Shown here: positions 22,489 through 32,058 of the stretch, piece by piece
How positions within the stretch are numbered: position 1 is the first letter of the stretch
How the letters are laid out: each line of letters begins with the position of its first letter
Source: Blastocladiella emersonii ATCC 22665
Taxonomy: Eukaryota; Fungi; Blastocladiomycota
Direction of reading: 5' to 3'
Length of the DNA stretch: 64,000 bases
Assembly: GCA_025594325.1 (NCBI GenBank)
Contig: JANHCV010000013.1
Location: forward strand, 930,001-994,000
Notes under the pieces: model-generated
Told to the model about the DNA's origin: nothing
Seen by the model: the letters and a program-made list of their open reading frames with translations, nothing else
Database searches by the model: none
Translations under genes and position numbers: made by a program

Positions 22489-23709
22489 TTACTTGTAGAG
22501 GTTGACCTCGCCGGTTGGGAGGAACTTGTACACAATGTCAACACCAACAAAGGCGTCAACACGCTGGTTTGGGACAGTGTTTGAGGTGAGGATGATCTGC
22601 ATGTCCACGGCCTGGCTCTTGCAAGACTTGTCTCCACTGACAATGGTACGGGACAACTCAAGGTTGTGGCCAATGCAGAAGGTCCCCTCAGCTGGCACAT
22701 TGTACTTGTCCACTGACATGCCTGCACCAATGACATGGCCATGGAAGGCGTTGGACAGCTCTACAAAGGCCTCTGAAGCGTAGTCGTCACAGCAGACAGG
22801 CTTCTGGGGGAAGAGACGGCCACTAATGCTGAACTGGTATGTTGCAATGGTCTTGGCACGGAGGAACGAGTCCTTGGCATTGTCATTGAGCACTGCGTTG
22901 TTGCAGAACAACACCAGCACGTCCTTTTGTGACGCACTGCAGTCAGAGACGTTGAGCATAGAGTTGGGCACCGAGTAGTTGAGGGAGTGGTGGTTGTACG
23001 TTGTGCCGTAGAGCTTGAGACCCTGCTTCTTGAAGGCAGCGTCCATGACGGCGATCTGCTGGTCATTGAGCTTGATCAGGTCAGACACGATGCACACGTC
23101 CTTGACACTGTAGCTTGGGATGGCATTGTTCTTGACCACACAGGCATCTGCGCCAGGAGCCAGGGTGAACTTGACATGGATACCACCAAGGTACTTCATG
23201 GGCAGATGCTTCTGGTTGGACAGCAGTGCAGACTTGATGGGCAGCATGTACCGGTGAAGTCCAGATGACACAGCAAAGCGGTCAGCCCCAGTGGCAAAGT
23301 AACCCTGGGCCACGCCAAGGCATGAGTCCTTGAGGTGCTGTGGGACAGTCACGTCAGCCTCAATGCGCTGACGCAGGTTGAAGTAGGGAAGCTCTTCAAG
23401 CAGGGCTCCACCCGCGCTGTAGACTTGCACACGGTCAATGATGCTGAAGATGCCATCACAGAAGGCGACGTTGGCGTCTGCAGTCTTGGCACTGAACTGC
23501 AGGAACGTGCAGTGGGTGTCCATCATGTCATTGCGCGGGGGCAGGAGGACACTGATAGTGTTGCCAGGTGCAGACTCAGGGCCGCCCTGTGCAGTGAACT
23601 GGACAGTCTGACGCTCGGCATACACAGACTCCTTGGGCAGGTTAAACGTCATCTCTGGCGGCAGAGTCTTTGACAGGACCTGGGAGAACTGGGCATTGGT
23701 GGAAGACAT
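22489..23709 (-). CDS. major capsid protein (double jelly-roll, Polinton-like virus type)
   Basis: 406 aa, intact. ISVLLPPRNDMMD..CTFLQF, FSIIDRVQVYSAGGALLEEL..FN, YQFSISGRLFPQKP and FCIGHNLE match the PLV MCP pattern; clustered with minor capsid and ATPase. Confidence 0.88.
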   Translation of the reverse strand: MSSTNAQFSQVLSKTLPPEMTFNLPKESVYAERQTVQFTAQGGPESAPGNTISVLLPPRNDMMDTHCTFLQFSAKTADANVAFCDGIFSIIDRVQVYSAGGALLEELPYFNLRQRIEADVTVPQHLKDSCLGVAQGYFATGADRFAVSSGLHRYMLPIKSALLSNQKHLPMKYLGGIHVKFTLAPGADACVVKNNAIPSYSVKDVCIVSDLIKLNDQQIAVMDAAFKKQGLKLYGTTYNHHSLNYSVPNSMLNVSDCSASQKDVLVLFCNNAVLNDNAKDSFLRAKTIATYQFSISGRLFPQKPVCCDDYASEAFVELSNAFHGHVIGAGMSVDKYNVPAEGTFCIGHNLELSRTIVSGDKSCKSQAVDMQIILTSNTVPNQRVDAFVGVDIVYKFLPTGEVNLYK

Positions 23710-24312
23710 GGCGTGTGTTACTGAAGCACAAGAAAAAAAGTCGCTGCGTCACTTAGTCCTTGATGATCCACTCACTGAAGCTGTCTACCAGCCTGTACTT
23801 GGGACTGTTCTGGTTGTTGACACCAAGGAAGCGTTGCTTGGTGTTGCCCTCTGAGCGGGTGTCAAAGAGCTGCTCAATGATCACCTCAAACTCCTTGAGC
23901 AAGAACTGCGACCCGATCTCCTTGTGCAGTGTCTTGACCTCTGTCTTGTCGTAGAGGGGGTACACGACGCTGTAGCTGCAGTTGATGCGCAGTGTCTTGG
24001 GCAGAGCACACCAGCGCTGCATGCCAATGATGCAGCTGATCTTGAGGTGTTGCAAGTTGCACAGGAAGTTGGTCAGCGTCTTGTGGGACAGCAGCTTGAG
24101 GCCCAGCACGTCGTCAATGATCAGCAGCTGGTCCTGCAGTGCCTTCTTGCCCTGGTCTTCAAAGGTCTTGGTCAGGTCTTTGTGCATCTTGAGCAGCGTG
24201 GGGATGAACAGCTCTGGGTCCGTGACAATGCACGATGGCTTCACCTTGAGCCGGTTTGGGTTGTGCTCCTGTGGATCAAGTACATTGTGCTGCTTCTTGG
24301 GTGGTCGCAGGA

Positions 24313-24486
24313 TGTAAGGTGCCGAGGGGGAGGGTCTTGTGCCACGAGGAATGACTAGCCGGATAATGAAGGATTGTATCACGAATGACAAGAGAGAGGG
24401 AGAGCGAGGGCAACGCTCGGCTTATGAGGGACTGCGCCACCAGCCCGCGCCACCAGCCCAAGCCGTTGGATCACTGAACCGTGACA
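24313..24486 (-). repeat. 3' LTR
   Basis: Direct repeat of 29460-29633 with 3 differences, all CpG transitions. Confidence 0.97.
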
Positions 24487-24506
24487 CTATCTCCCCTTCC
24501 CCCTCC
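24487..24506 (-). promoter_or_regulatory. polypurine tract
   Basis: GGAGGGGGAAGGGGAGATAG on the element strand, immediately 5' of the 3' LTR. Confidence 0.85.
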
Positions 24507-27500
24507 GCGGGTCGGGTTTTGACGGGTTCTGCGCGTGGAACTCGGCGAGCAGCTCGAGGTGCTTGAGGTTCGCGTACGGCTCCCAGGTGTTGTCGTCCTC
24601 GGGGCAGCCGTGCCACTTGAGCAGGTACTCGACGCTGCGGCCGACCTTGCGCGCGTCGCGGATCGCCTCGACTGTCCACTCCTCGTGCCCGTTGACGGCG
24701 TACGGCGTTGGCGGCGGCAGCGCGCGGCCCGGGAACGCCTCCTCGTCGTGCTCGTCGATCGGCTTGATGAGCGAGACGTGGAACACGGGATGGACGCGCG
24801 CCATGGTCGGCGGCAGCTCAAGCTCGACGGCCGATTTCCGGATGAGGCGCACGATCTTGAGCGGCTCCGTGTACTTGGGCCCGAGCTTGGCCTTGGGCAC
24901 GTTGACGCGCAGGTTCTTGGTGCTCAGCAGCACCATGTCGCCGACCTTGTAGTCGGGGCCCTCGCGGCGGCGGCGGTCAGCGTGCTTCTTGTACAGCTCC
25001 TTGGCGCGCTCGACCTTCTCGCGCAGCTTGCCCTGGACGTCGGCAATGCGCTTGGCCAGCGCGGCGGCTGACGGGACCCGATCCGACCGAACTGGCGCGG
25101 CCGAGAGCCGCTGGTCAAACGCGTAGTTGGCCTTGAACGGCGACATGCCCGTTGACTCGTTGACCGTGTTGTTGATGGCCATCTCGGCGTACCGCAGCAG
25201 CTCGGCCCAGTTTGACTGGTCCTCGTTGGCGAACATGCGCAGGTACACCTCGAGGGTCTGGTTCATGCGCTTGGTCTGCCCGTCGGTCTGCGGGTGGTAC
25301 GCCGTCAAGAGCTTGGCCTTGATCTCAAGCGACTTGCACATGGCCGACCAGAACCGCGACGTGGACTGCGACCCGCGGTCCGAGACGATGTCGTCGGGCA
25401 GCCCGTGCGGCCGCACCACGTGCTCAATGAAGGCGTCGGCGGTCGTGGCGGCCGTTGGGAGCGCGGCGAGCGGGATGAAGTGCGTCATCTTGGAGAACCG
25501 ATCGACGACGACCATGATGCAGGTGTGACCCTTGCTGCGCGGCAGGTCCGTGATGAAGTCCATGGAGATCGACGACCATGGCCGCGGCGGCGTGGGCAGC
25601 GGCTGCAGCTCGCCGTCAGGCCGGTGGCGCGGCACCTTGGCCCGCGCGCAGGTGAGGCACGACTTGACAAACCGCTCGATCACCTTGCGCATCCCGGGCC
25701 ACCAGTACGAGCGCGACACCTTCTCGATGGTGCGCTGGACGCCGAAATGACCGGCTACACGCGTCGCGTGCGCCTCCTTGATCACCCGGGTGCGCGCGAC
25801 GCCCAACGGTACGTACAGCCGGTCGTCTCGCCAAACGAAGCCGTCGAGGTCCATGGTGAGCGACGGGTGCTTGCCCGGGTTCCGCTGCATCGACTGCGCG
25901 AGCTCGTCCTCCGCCAGGCCGTCCCGAATCGCGGCGAGCACGTCGTCGCCCTGCGTGCCCGCGACGAGCGGCGCGCTGGCCGCGGCCGTGGCGGCCACCG
26001 TGAGCGCCGACGCGGGAACGACAGCGCGGCCGAGCATCGGGTTGTCAAACAGCTCGTAGTCGGCGCGGCGCGACAGCGCGTCGGCGCGCCCGTTGATTGC
26101 GCCGGGCCGGTACGTGAACCGGAACGAAAACCGCTCAAGGAACAGTGCCCACCGCGCGTGCCGCTGCGACTCGACCGTCATGGTGCGAAAGTGCTCAAGG
26201 TTCTTGTGGTCCGTGTACACCTCGACCGGGTGCTGCGCGCCCTCAAGGTGGTGGCGCCAGATCTCGAACGCGACCTTGATGGCGAGCAGCTCCTTATCCA
26301 AGATGGGATAATTCAGCTCCGCCGCCTTGAGCGCGCGCGAGTGGAACGCGACCGGCCGCAGCGTGCCCTCGTTGTCGACCTGCGACAGGACGCACCCAAT
26401 GGCGAAGTTGGACGCGTCGGCCTCGACAATGAACTGTTTTGAGGGGTCGGGGTGCGCGAGGAACTGGTCGGACGCGAACCGCGTCTTGATGGCCGCAAAG
26501 GCCGCCGCCTCGGTGTCGCCCCACCGCCACGGCGTGTCCTTCTGCGTAAGACGGGTGAGCGGGATGGTCAGTTCCGAGAACTCGGGGATGAAGCGGCGGT
26601 AGTAGTTGGCGAGGCTCAGGAACGCCTGCACCTCCTTGACCGTCCGTGGCGCGGGCCACTCGGTCACGGCGCGGACCTTGGCCGGGTCCATCTCGACGCC
26701 CTCGGTGGTCAGGATGTGGCCGAGGTACTCGACGCGCGTCACGTCGAATTCGCACTTCTCGAGCTTGACGTACAGCTTGTTGTCGGCGAGCCGCTGCAGC
26801 ACCTCCTTGACGAGCGCCGTGTGCTCTTCGGGGTCCTCGCTGAAGATGAGGATGTCGTCCAGGTACACGAGAACGCCGCGGCGGTCGAGCAGGTCGCGGA
26901 ACACGTCGTTGACAAACGCCTGGAACGCGGCCGGCGCGTTGGTCAGCCCGAACGGCATCACCATCCATTCATAATGTCCGTAGCGCGTGCGGAACGCCGT
27001 CTTCCACTCGTTGCCCTCGCGGATGCGGACCAGGTTGTACGCGCCGCGCAGGTCGAACTTGGTGAAGATGCGCGCGCCCTGCACTTGGTTCATGAGCTCC
27101 GCGATGAGCGGCAGCGCGTAGCGGTTCTTGACCGTCAGCGCGTTGAGGCGGCGGTAGTCCACACACATGCGGCGCGACCCGTCCTTCTTGGGCACGAACA
27201 TGATCGGCGCGCCGGCTGGCGACCGCGATGGGCGGATGAAGCCGCGCGCGAGGTTCTCGTCGATGGTCTTGCGCAGCTCCTCGAGTTCGGGCTGCGACAG
27301 GGCGTAGACGGGCAGGAACGGCACCTTGGCGCCCTCGACGAGCTCGATCTCGCAGTCGTACGGTCGGTGCGGCGGGAGCGCGGACGCCGCGGCGGCATCG
27401 AAGACGTGCGCCCACTTGAGGTACTTGGCGGGCAGCACGCGCTTCGGCGCCGCGTCATCTGGCGCCTCGGGCGGGCCGTGTGCCTCGTCCCACGCGAGCG

Positions 27501-28320
27501 GGTCGAGGTCGACGCGCGGTGCGACCGTGGCCACCGTGACGCGCTGGGCGGGCGGGCACCCGCAGCGACCAGTGCACGCGCCGTCAATCGCGACCGTGGC
27601 CGAGCGCGGATCCGGCTTCGCGCCGTTCGCGACCATCCATTCGAGTCCCATGATCACCGGAAACGCGGGAGAGTCGACGACGAGGAAGCGCGCGACCGAG
27701 CAATGAAGGCACGGAATGTCGATGGCGCGACCCGCGTCTCCCACCACGCGCTTCTGCTTGGACGCGTCGCCGGGAGGCACGACGCCGTCCGCGAACACGG
27801 TTTGGGATCCCGCGACCGCCGCGTGCAGGAATTCGGGCGACGTGACGGACACGGCCGCGTGCACGTAATGCGAGATGTACTGGCGCTGGCCCGGCGCGGA
27901 ACCGACGACACCGCGGAGGTCGATGCGACGCGCTAGGCGCTTTGGCACGAGCCCGGCCTGCTCGGCCACCCTGCGGCTGATCAGGTTAACCGGCGCGCCC
28001 GTGTCGAGCATCATGAACGTCGGGATCGGCGCCGTGCGGAGCCCTGGATGCGCGAGGAGCCCGCCGAGGTGCAGGTGGTCCTGCGCCATCTCTAGACGCA
28101 CAAGTGCACCAAAGTACGCAGCAACAGATTTTCCATTAGTCTTCTTATCATTCATGTTTTGTTTCTTCTTTTTGTTCATTTTTTTCTTCTTGTCGGCGGG
28201 CACCGACATCTTATCCGCGGCGGCGGCCGCCGTGGCCATCGCCGTTGTACCACCCAAATCCGCAGGTTTTGGCTTCGAGGACGTCGCGGCCTGCTCCGCT
28301 ACGCCCGACTGGCGTTTCCC
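24487..28320 (-). CDS. pol: Pol polyprotein (PR-RT-RNase H-IN-chromodomain), -1 frame relative to gag
   Basis: MLDTGA, YLDD, ADASNFAIG, H..H..C..C zinc finger, SMDFITD/SDRG, and C-terminal chromodomain WTVEAIRD...YLLKWHGCPEDDNTWEP. The integrase catalytic Glu is mutated (GQTKRMN). Confidence 0.95.
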   Translation of the reverse strand, partial: GKRQSGVAEQAATSSKPKPADLGGTTAMATAAAAADKMSVPADKKKKMNKKKKQNMNDKKTNGKSVAAYFGALVRLEMAQDHLHLGGLLAHPGLRTAPIPTFMMLDTGAPVNLISRRVAEQAGLVPKRLARRIDLRGVVGSAPGQRQYISHYVHAAVSVTSPEFLHAAVAGSQTVFADGVVPPGDASKQKRVVGDAGRAIDIPCLHCSVARFLVVDSPAFPVIMGLEWMVANGAKPDPRSATVAIDGACTGRCGCPPAQRVTVATVAPRVDLDPLAWDEAHGPPEAPDDAAPKRVLPAKYLKWAHVFDAAAASALPPHRPYDCEIELVEGAKVPFLPVYALSQPELEELRKTIDENLARGFIRPSRSPAGAPIMFVPKKDGSRRMCVDYRRLNALTVKNRYALPLIAELMNQVQGARIFTKFDLRGAYNLVRIREGNEWKTAFRTRYGHYEWMVMPFGLTNAPAAFQAFVNDVFRDLLDRRGVLVYLDDILIFSEDPEEHTALVKEVLQRLADNKLYVKLEKCEFDVTRVEYLGHILTTEGVEMDPAKVRAVTEWPAPRTVKEVQAFLSLANYYRRFIPEFSELTIPLTRLTQKDTPWRWGDTEAAAFAAIKTRFASDQFLAHPDPSKQFIVEADASNFAIGCVLSQVDNEGTLRPVAFHSRALKAAELNYPILDKELLAIKVAFEIWRHHLEGAQHPVEVYTDHKNLEHFRTMTVESQRHARWALFLERFSFRFTYRPGAINGRADALSRRADYELFDNPMLGRAVVPASALTVAATAAASAPLVAGTQGDDVLAAIRDGLAEDELAQSMQRNPGKHPSLTMDLDGFVWRDDRLYVPLGVARTRVIKEAHATRVAGHFGVQRTIEKVSRSYWWPGMRKVIERFVKSCLTCARAKVPRHRPDGELQPLPTPPRPWSSISMDFITDLPRSKGHTCIMVVVDRFSKMTHFIPLAALPTAATTADAFIEHVVRPHGLPDDIVSDRGSQSTSRFWSAMCKSLEIKAKLLTAYHPQTDGQTKRMNQTLEVYLRMFANEDQSNWAELLRYAEMAINNTVNESTGMSPFKANYAFDQRLSAAPVRSDRVPSAAALAKRIADVQGKLREKVERAKELYKKHADRRRREGPDYKVGDMVLLSTKNLRVNVPKAKLGPKYTEPLKIVRLIRKSAVELELPPTMARVHPVFHVSLIKPIDEHDEEAFPGRALPPPTPYAVNGHEEWTVEAIRDARKVGRSVEYLLKWHGCPEDDNTWEPYANLKHLELLAEFHAQNPSKPDPRRGKGR

Positions 28321-29404
28321 GACGACGAGCGCGGGGGCGACGGGCAATCAGCCGCCTTGTGGCCGTAGCCCTTGCAGTTGTAGCACTTGATGTCAGTGAG
28401 GGCGCGGCCCTGGTGCGCCGCCGCCCGCTGCCGAATCGCGCCAACGTCCATGGCGTCCGGGTCCGGGACGAGCTCGGCCGCGACGCCCATCGCCCCGCCC
28501 TCGTGCACCAGGAAGTGCTCGACCATCTTGTCAAAACGGTAGCCCTTGCGCAGCGAGGCGAAGGCCACGTCCGCGGCCAGCGGCGAGTTGCCGGCCGTGA
28601 CCACCAGGTAGAACTGCATCGCCAGCTCGCTGAGCGCGCGGTAGCCTGCACCGGACGCGGTCTGGCGGAACTTGGAGACGAAATCGCGCGCCGGCATGGC
28701 GCCGCGCACGTACTTGAGGTTCTTGAGCTCGTGCGCGTACTCGGTCTCCGACTTCTCGGCCGGCTGCGTTGACTTGACGAGGGAGATGTAGGCGTTGAAC
28801 GAGCCGTAGTCCTCAAACTTGGACCCGGCCATCGCCAGCTCCACGGCCTCGAGCACCTTGCCCGTTAGCTTGCCGTGGAAGTGCGCAATCTTGAACTTCT
28901 CCGGGACGTTGAACGTGAGCTGGAGGATGCTCTCGTACTGCGTGATGGCGCTCTTGACCTTGAAGTTGACGCCGTCAACCGAATTCATGCGCATCAGCGC
29001 GTGCATCGCGGCCGGCGTGAAGCCATCAACGCCCACGCCCGGCCCGCGCGCGCTGCTGACCTGGATGCTGTCGAGCTCGCCCTGCAGGATACCGTTGAGC
29101 GGCTGGCTCTGCTGCGTCTGCCGCAGCTCGACCTCGAGCGCATACGCGCGGCGCTCCGCCGTCTCGGCGCGCCGCTCGGCCGCGACCGCCGTCTCGGCGC
29201 GCCGCTCGGCCGCGACCGCGCGGGCCTCGGTCGACACGCCCAGTTGCCAGTAGTCGCTGGCGACGTTGAGCGCGAGGAAGACGAGCTTGGCTTTGTCCTC
29301 GTACGGCATGACCAGGTCGCGCCACGGCGCGAGCTGGTACTCGGGGACAATGGCCGCAACGTCAAACGTCGCCAGCTTTTCGAGGAACTGTGCCGGCGTT
29401 ATCA
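28299..29404 (-). CDS. gag: Gag with CCHC zinc knuckle
   Basis: CYNCKGYGHKAADC near the C-terminus; the first ATG downstream of the 5' LTR is MITPAQF. Confidence 0.85.
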
Positions 29405-29448
29405 TTTTGCCGTCGTGGAAGAAATCACCGCTCGGAGGGGGTTTTACG

Positions 29449-29457
29449 GTGATACAA
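29449..29457 (-). promoter_or_regulatory. candidate self-priming primer-binding site
   Basis: TTGTATCAC lies 2 nt downstream of the 5' LTR and is perfectly complementary to GTGATACAA inside the LTR (29521-29529); no TGG tRNA-type PBS. Confidence 0.65.
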
Positions 29458-29459
29458 AG

Positions 29460-29633
29460 TGTAAGGTGCCGAGGGGGAGGGTCTTGTGCCACAAGGAATG
29501 ACTAGCCGGATAATGAAGGATTGTATCACGAATGACAAGAGAGAGGGAGAGCGAGGGCAACGCTCGGCTTATGAGGGACTGCGCCACCAGCCCGCGCCAC
29601 CAGCCCGAGCCGTCGGATCACTGAACCGTGACA
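29460..29633 (-). repeat. 5' LTR
   Basis: 174 bp, TGTCAC...CTTACA on the element strand. Confidence 0.97.
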
Positions 29634-29904
29634 CAGGATCGCCTGTGAGGCAATGTACTCGTACTTGTCGTCAGCGTGGAAGGTGGGGTTGAAGACCCAG
29701 ATGTTGTCAAAGCGTCCCTTGTAGAACTGCGGGAAGCACACAAGGTTGGCGATCAGTGTTGACTTGCCCTGACCCTTGGCGCCAATGACGTTCATGGTGA
29801 AGGGGTGCTTGGGGATGGGCGAAGGCTGGTTGTCATTGTTCCTGGTGAAGCCGTTGTCAATGGCCACAATGTCGTACATCTTACTGTAACCCAAGACAAA
29901 AGGT

Positions 29905-30105
29905 TCACGCCCATCCAAGGTCAGTGACAATGCCACTGCGCTTGGGGACTTCGCGCACTTGCTTGACTGGTCGCTCAGGGAGCTTCTGGTGACGCTTGAT
30001 CTGGGGTGCTGTCAGGCCACTGCCGGCCGACGTCTTCTCTGTGAACAGCTTCGCGTCCAGGGGCTTCTTGTAGCCCAGTTGCTTGAGGATCTGTTCGAGT
30101 AACAT
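29905..30105 (-). CDS. small basic viral protein (66 aa)
   Basis: Co-oriented with the structural genes; K/R-rich; upstream TAGTAGTAAG motif. Confidence 0.45.
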   Translation of the reverse strand: MLLEQILKQLGYKKPLDAKLFTEKTSAGSGLTAPQIKRHQKLPERPVKQVREVPKRSGIVTDLGWA

Positions 30106-30159
30106 CTCTGTCTTCTTACTACTACCCTCGGAATTGTTCTTGGGCGCGTCTGCAAGCTG

Positions 30160-31623
30160 TCAGATGAGCTGCTCCAGGTTGCTGGTGTCCAGGACCTGTG
30201 GCTGTGCTGGCGGCTGCATCGTGTCCAGCTTGCTGCCCAGGTCCTGGAGTGTCTTGTTCACAGCAGCATTGGACTCTGTCTGTCCCTGGATGGCGCTCTG
30301 GACACCTGTTGCAAGCTGGCCAATGAGTCCCTGCTGGTTGGTCAGGGCAGTTGACATGCCGCTTGCAATCTCAGACACCAGTGCACGGTTCCCTGCATCA
30401 ATCTGTCGCACAAAGGCGTTGCGCTCTGCATGCAGTGTGTCCACCATGTTAGCTGCAAGGTTGGCAAAGGTCTCAAGTGCCAGTCCTTGGGCGTTCTTGG
30501 ACTGCTCAATCAGGGCCATGTACGCCTGGTACTGCATGACCTGACTGTTCGCAAACTGGCCAGCAATGACATCCAGCGCAGCCATCACGTTGGGGTCGCT
30601 GTTGTACTGCACCATGATCTGTGTACGCAGGTCATTGTTCTGCTGGTAGTAGTTCTGCTCGTACTGCATGATGTACTGCCGCATGTCGTAGTTCTGTGTG
30701 TTGTCCTGCTGGAAGCTGCTGTAGACGTATTGATTGAACTGCTGAAAGTTCTGGACAATGTCAACCTCCATGTCATCTGTCGTGGTCAGTGCCCGCTCTG
30801 GGTTGTAGACCTGGATGTCCTTGGAGCCTTCAATCATCTGAGACTCGTCCATGGTGGGATGTACGTGTGTGTCATTGTACACAGAGCTGCGCTGTGGAAG
30901 GTCCTGTCCGTAGCTGGGAGGGACAACAACCAGGTTGCGTGTGCCATCGTTGAGCCGGGGTGGAAGGTCATTGCCGCCGTTGTTGTCATTCTGAATCAAG
31001 TAACGTCCAGGGATCATGCCAGCGTACTCTGGGATGTCCTGGCCAACGTAGTCACCAGCGTCCACAGGGTACTCTTCAGGGACAACTGGGCGGACAGGTA
31101 CAGGCAAGAGATGGTCAGGCACACGCTGCCCTGCTGTCTCAAGCATCTCAGCAAGTTTGTCCAAGGTGTCCTGTGGCCTCTGTGAGCCTATGCCAGAGTC
31201 TTGTGTGCTTAGGACGTCTGGTGTGTCTGCGCCTGTGTCAGAGTCTGGCGTGCCTTCCTGTGCAACAGGAACACGTTGGATGCCACTGCTAACGCTTGTG
31301 CTTGCTTGTTTGATGGTGTCATAGACGTGCTGCATGACGCTCTCTGAGTCTTGCCCCATGATCTCTCCATTGTGTCTCAGGAACAGCATCCCTGATTGCT
31401 TGCCCTCAAAGTCGTCTGCATAGCTCTCTGGTGTGACAGCGTAGTCAAAGGCAAGGATGTACGGGACCCACACAGTGAGGAACTCCTTGGCTGTGGGGAA
31501 AGTGTACGCGCGTCCATCAATGGTGGCCTTGATCCTCTGGCCAGGCATGCGCTCTGCAGTGATATGACTGTTTGTCTTGGCTGCAACGTCTTCCAGTTGC
31601 TTGGTGATGGGTCTTTGTGTCAT
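30160..31623 (-). CDS. viral protein of unknown function, Q/N-rich with likely coiled coil (about 487 aa from MTQRP)
   Basis: Long ORF with viral codon usage; ATG at 31623 is preceded by TTATTTTCGCTTCATACAGTAACCACC. Confidence 0.75.
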   Translation of the reverse strand: MTQRPITKQLEDVAAKTNSHITAERMPGQRIKATIDGRAYTFPTAKEFLTVWVPYILAFDYAVTPESYADDFEGKQSGMLFLRHNGEIMGQDSESVMQHVYDTIKQASTSVSSGIQRVPVAQEGTPDSDTGADTPDVLSTQDSGIGSQRPQDTLDKLAEMLETAGQRVPDHLLPVPVRPVVPEEYPVDAGDYVGQDIPEYAGMIPGRYLIQNDNNGGNDLPPRLNDGTRNLVVVPPSYGQDLPQRSSVYNDTHVHPTMDESQMIEGSKDIQVYNPERALTTTDDMEVDIVQNFQQFNQYVYSSFQQDNTQNYDMRQYIMQYEQNYYQQNNDLRTQIMVQYNSDPNVMAALDVIAGQFANSQVMQYQAYMALIEQSKNAQGLALETFANLAANMVDTLHAERNAFVRQIDAGNRALVSEIASGMSTALTNQQGLIGQLATGVQSAIQGQTESNAAVNKTLQDLGSKLDTMQPPAQPQVLDTSNLEQLI

Positions 31624-31661
31624 GGTGGTTACTGTATGAAGCGAAAATAAACCCTGGGCAA

Positions 31662-31804
31662 GGTACACTTTGCACCTGTCTGTGGTACACTTTGCACTGT
31701 CAAGGGTACACTTTGTACCTGTCTGTGGTACACTTTGTACCGTCAAGGGTACACTTTGCACCTGTCTGTGGTAAACTTTGTACCGTCAAGGGTACACTTT
31801 GTAC
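31662..31804. repeat. 7 copies of GGTACACTTTGYAC with alternating 8- and 7-bp spacers
   Basis: Read directly; lies between divergently oriented viral gene blocks. Confidence 0.95.
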
Positions 31805-32015
31805 GTTGTGCATTGCGCTTGGCATTGAGTGCCTTGTAGATGCGGATCTTGACGCGCTCTGCCCGTGCTGCCTCACTGTCAACGTGGACAAAGCGACTGG
31901 CCTTGCGGTCCCTCTTCTGTAGCCACTTGGCCTTGTCCTCGTCGCTCTTGTTGTACCAGTTGGATGGCACAGGGAAGGTCCCTGCAAGGTGTTCATGCCA
32001 CTCATCAAGGGACAT
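31743..32015 (-). CDS. possible small basic viral protein (90 aa)
   Basis: MSLDEWHEHL...KRNAQR looks coding, but its 3' end runs into the repeat array and the shared upstream motif is absent. Confidence 0.35.
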   Translation of the reverse strand: MSLDEWHEHLAGTFPVPSNWYNKSDEDKAKWLQKRDRKASRFVHVDSEAARAERVKIRIYKALNAKRNAQRTKCTLDGTKFTTDRCKVYP

Positions 32016-32058
32016 GTCCTGGTACTCTGAGCAATTCATTTCTTGCACTAAGTTAAAC

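Larger units (their letters stand above)
24313..29633 (-). mobile_element. full-length Ty3/Gypsy chromovirus LTR retrotransposon (5321 bp)
   Basis: 174-bp TG...CA LTRs, CAGGA TSD (24308-24312 and 29634-29638), gag, pol with chromodomain, PPT. Confidence 0.97.
23753..29879 (-). pseudogene. A32/FtsK-like packaging ATPase, split by the LTR retrotransposon (pieces 29879-29634 and 24307-23753; about 266 aa rejoined)
   Basis: Walker A GAKGQGKS in the 5' piece; Walker B LLIIDD and motif NLQHLKIS..IGMQ in the 3' piece. Removing the retroelement and one TSD restores the frame (SQAIL|RPPKKQ). Confidence 0.92.

Noticed and set aside
29440-29459. tRNA primer-binding site
   Set aside because: No TGG start after the LTR; self-complementarity to the LTR explains the site better.
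24535-29501. Long plus-strand ORFs opposite gag/pol (e.g. 26452-27936, 25294-26442)
   Set aside because: Antisense shadows of GC3-rich coding sequence.
18748-29638. Similarity of the two TSDs (CAAGG vs CAGGA) as a shared target preference
   Set aside because: Only two sites, made by different integrases; chance similarity is likely.
31662-31804. CRISPR-like array (also considered for 36872-37021 and 20441-20606)
   Set aside because: Spacers are 7-8 bp and repeated, or absent; there are no cas genes and the context is eukaryotic.
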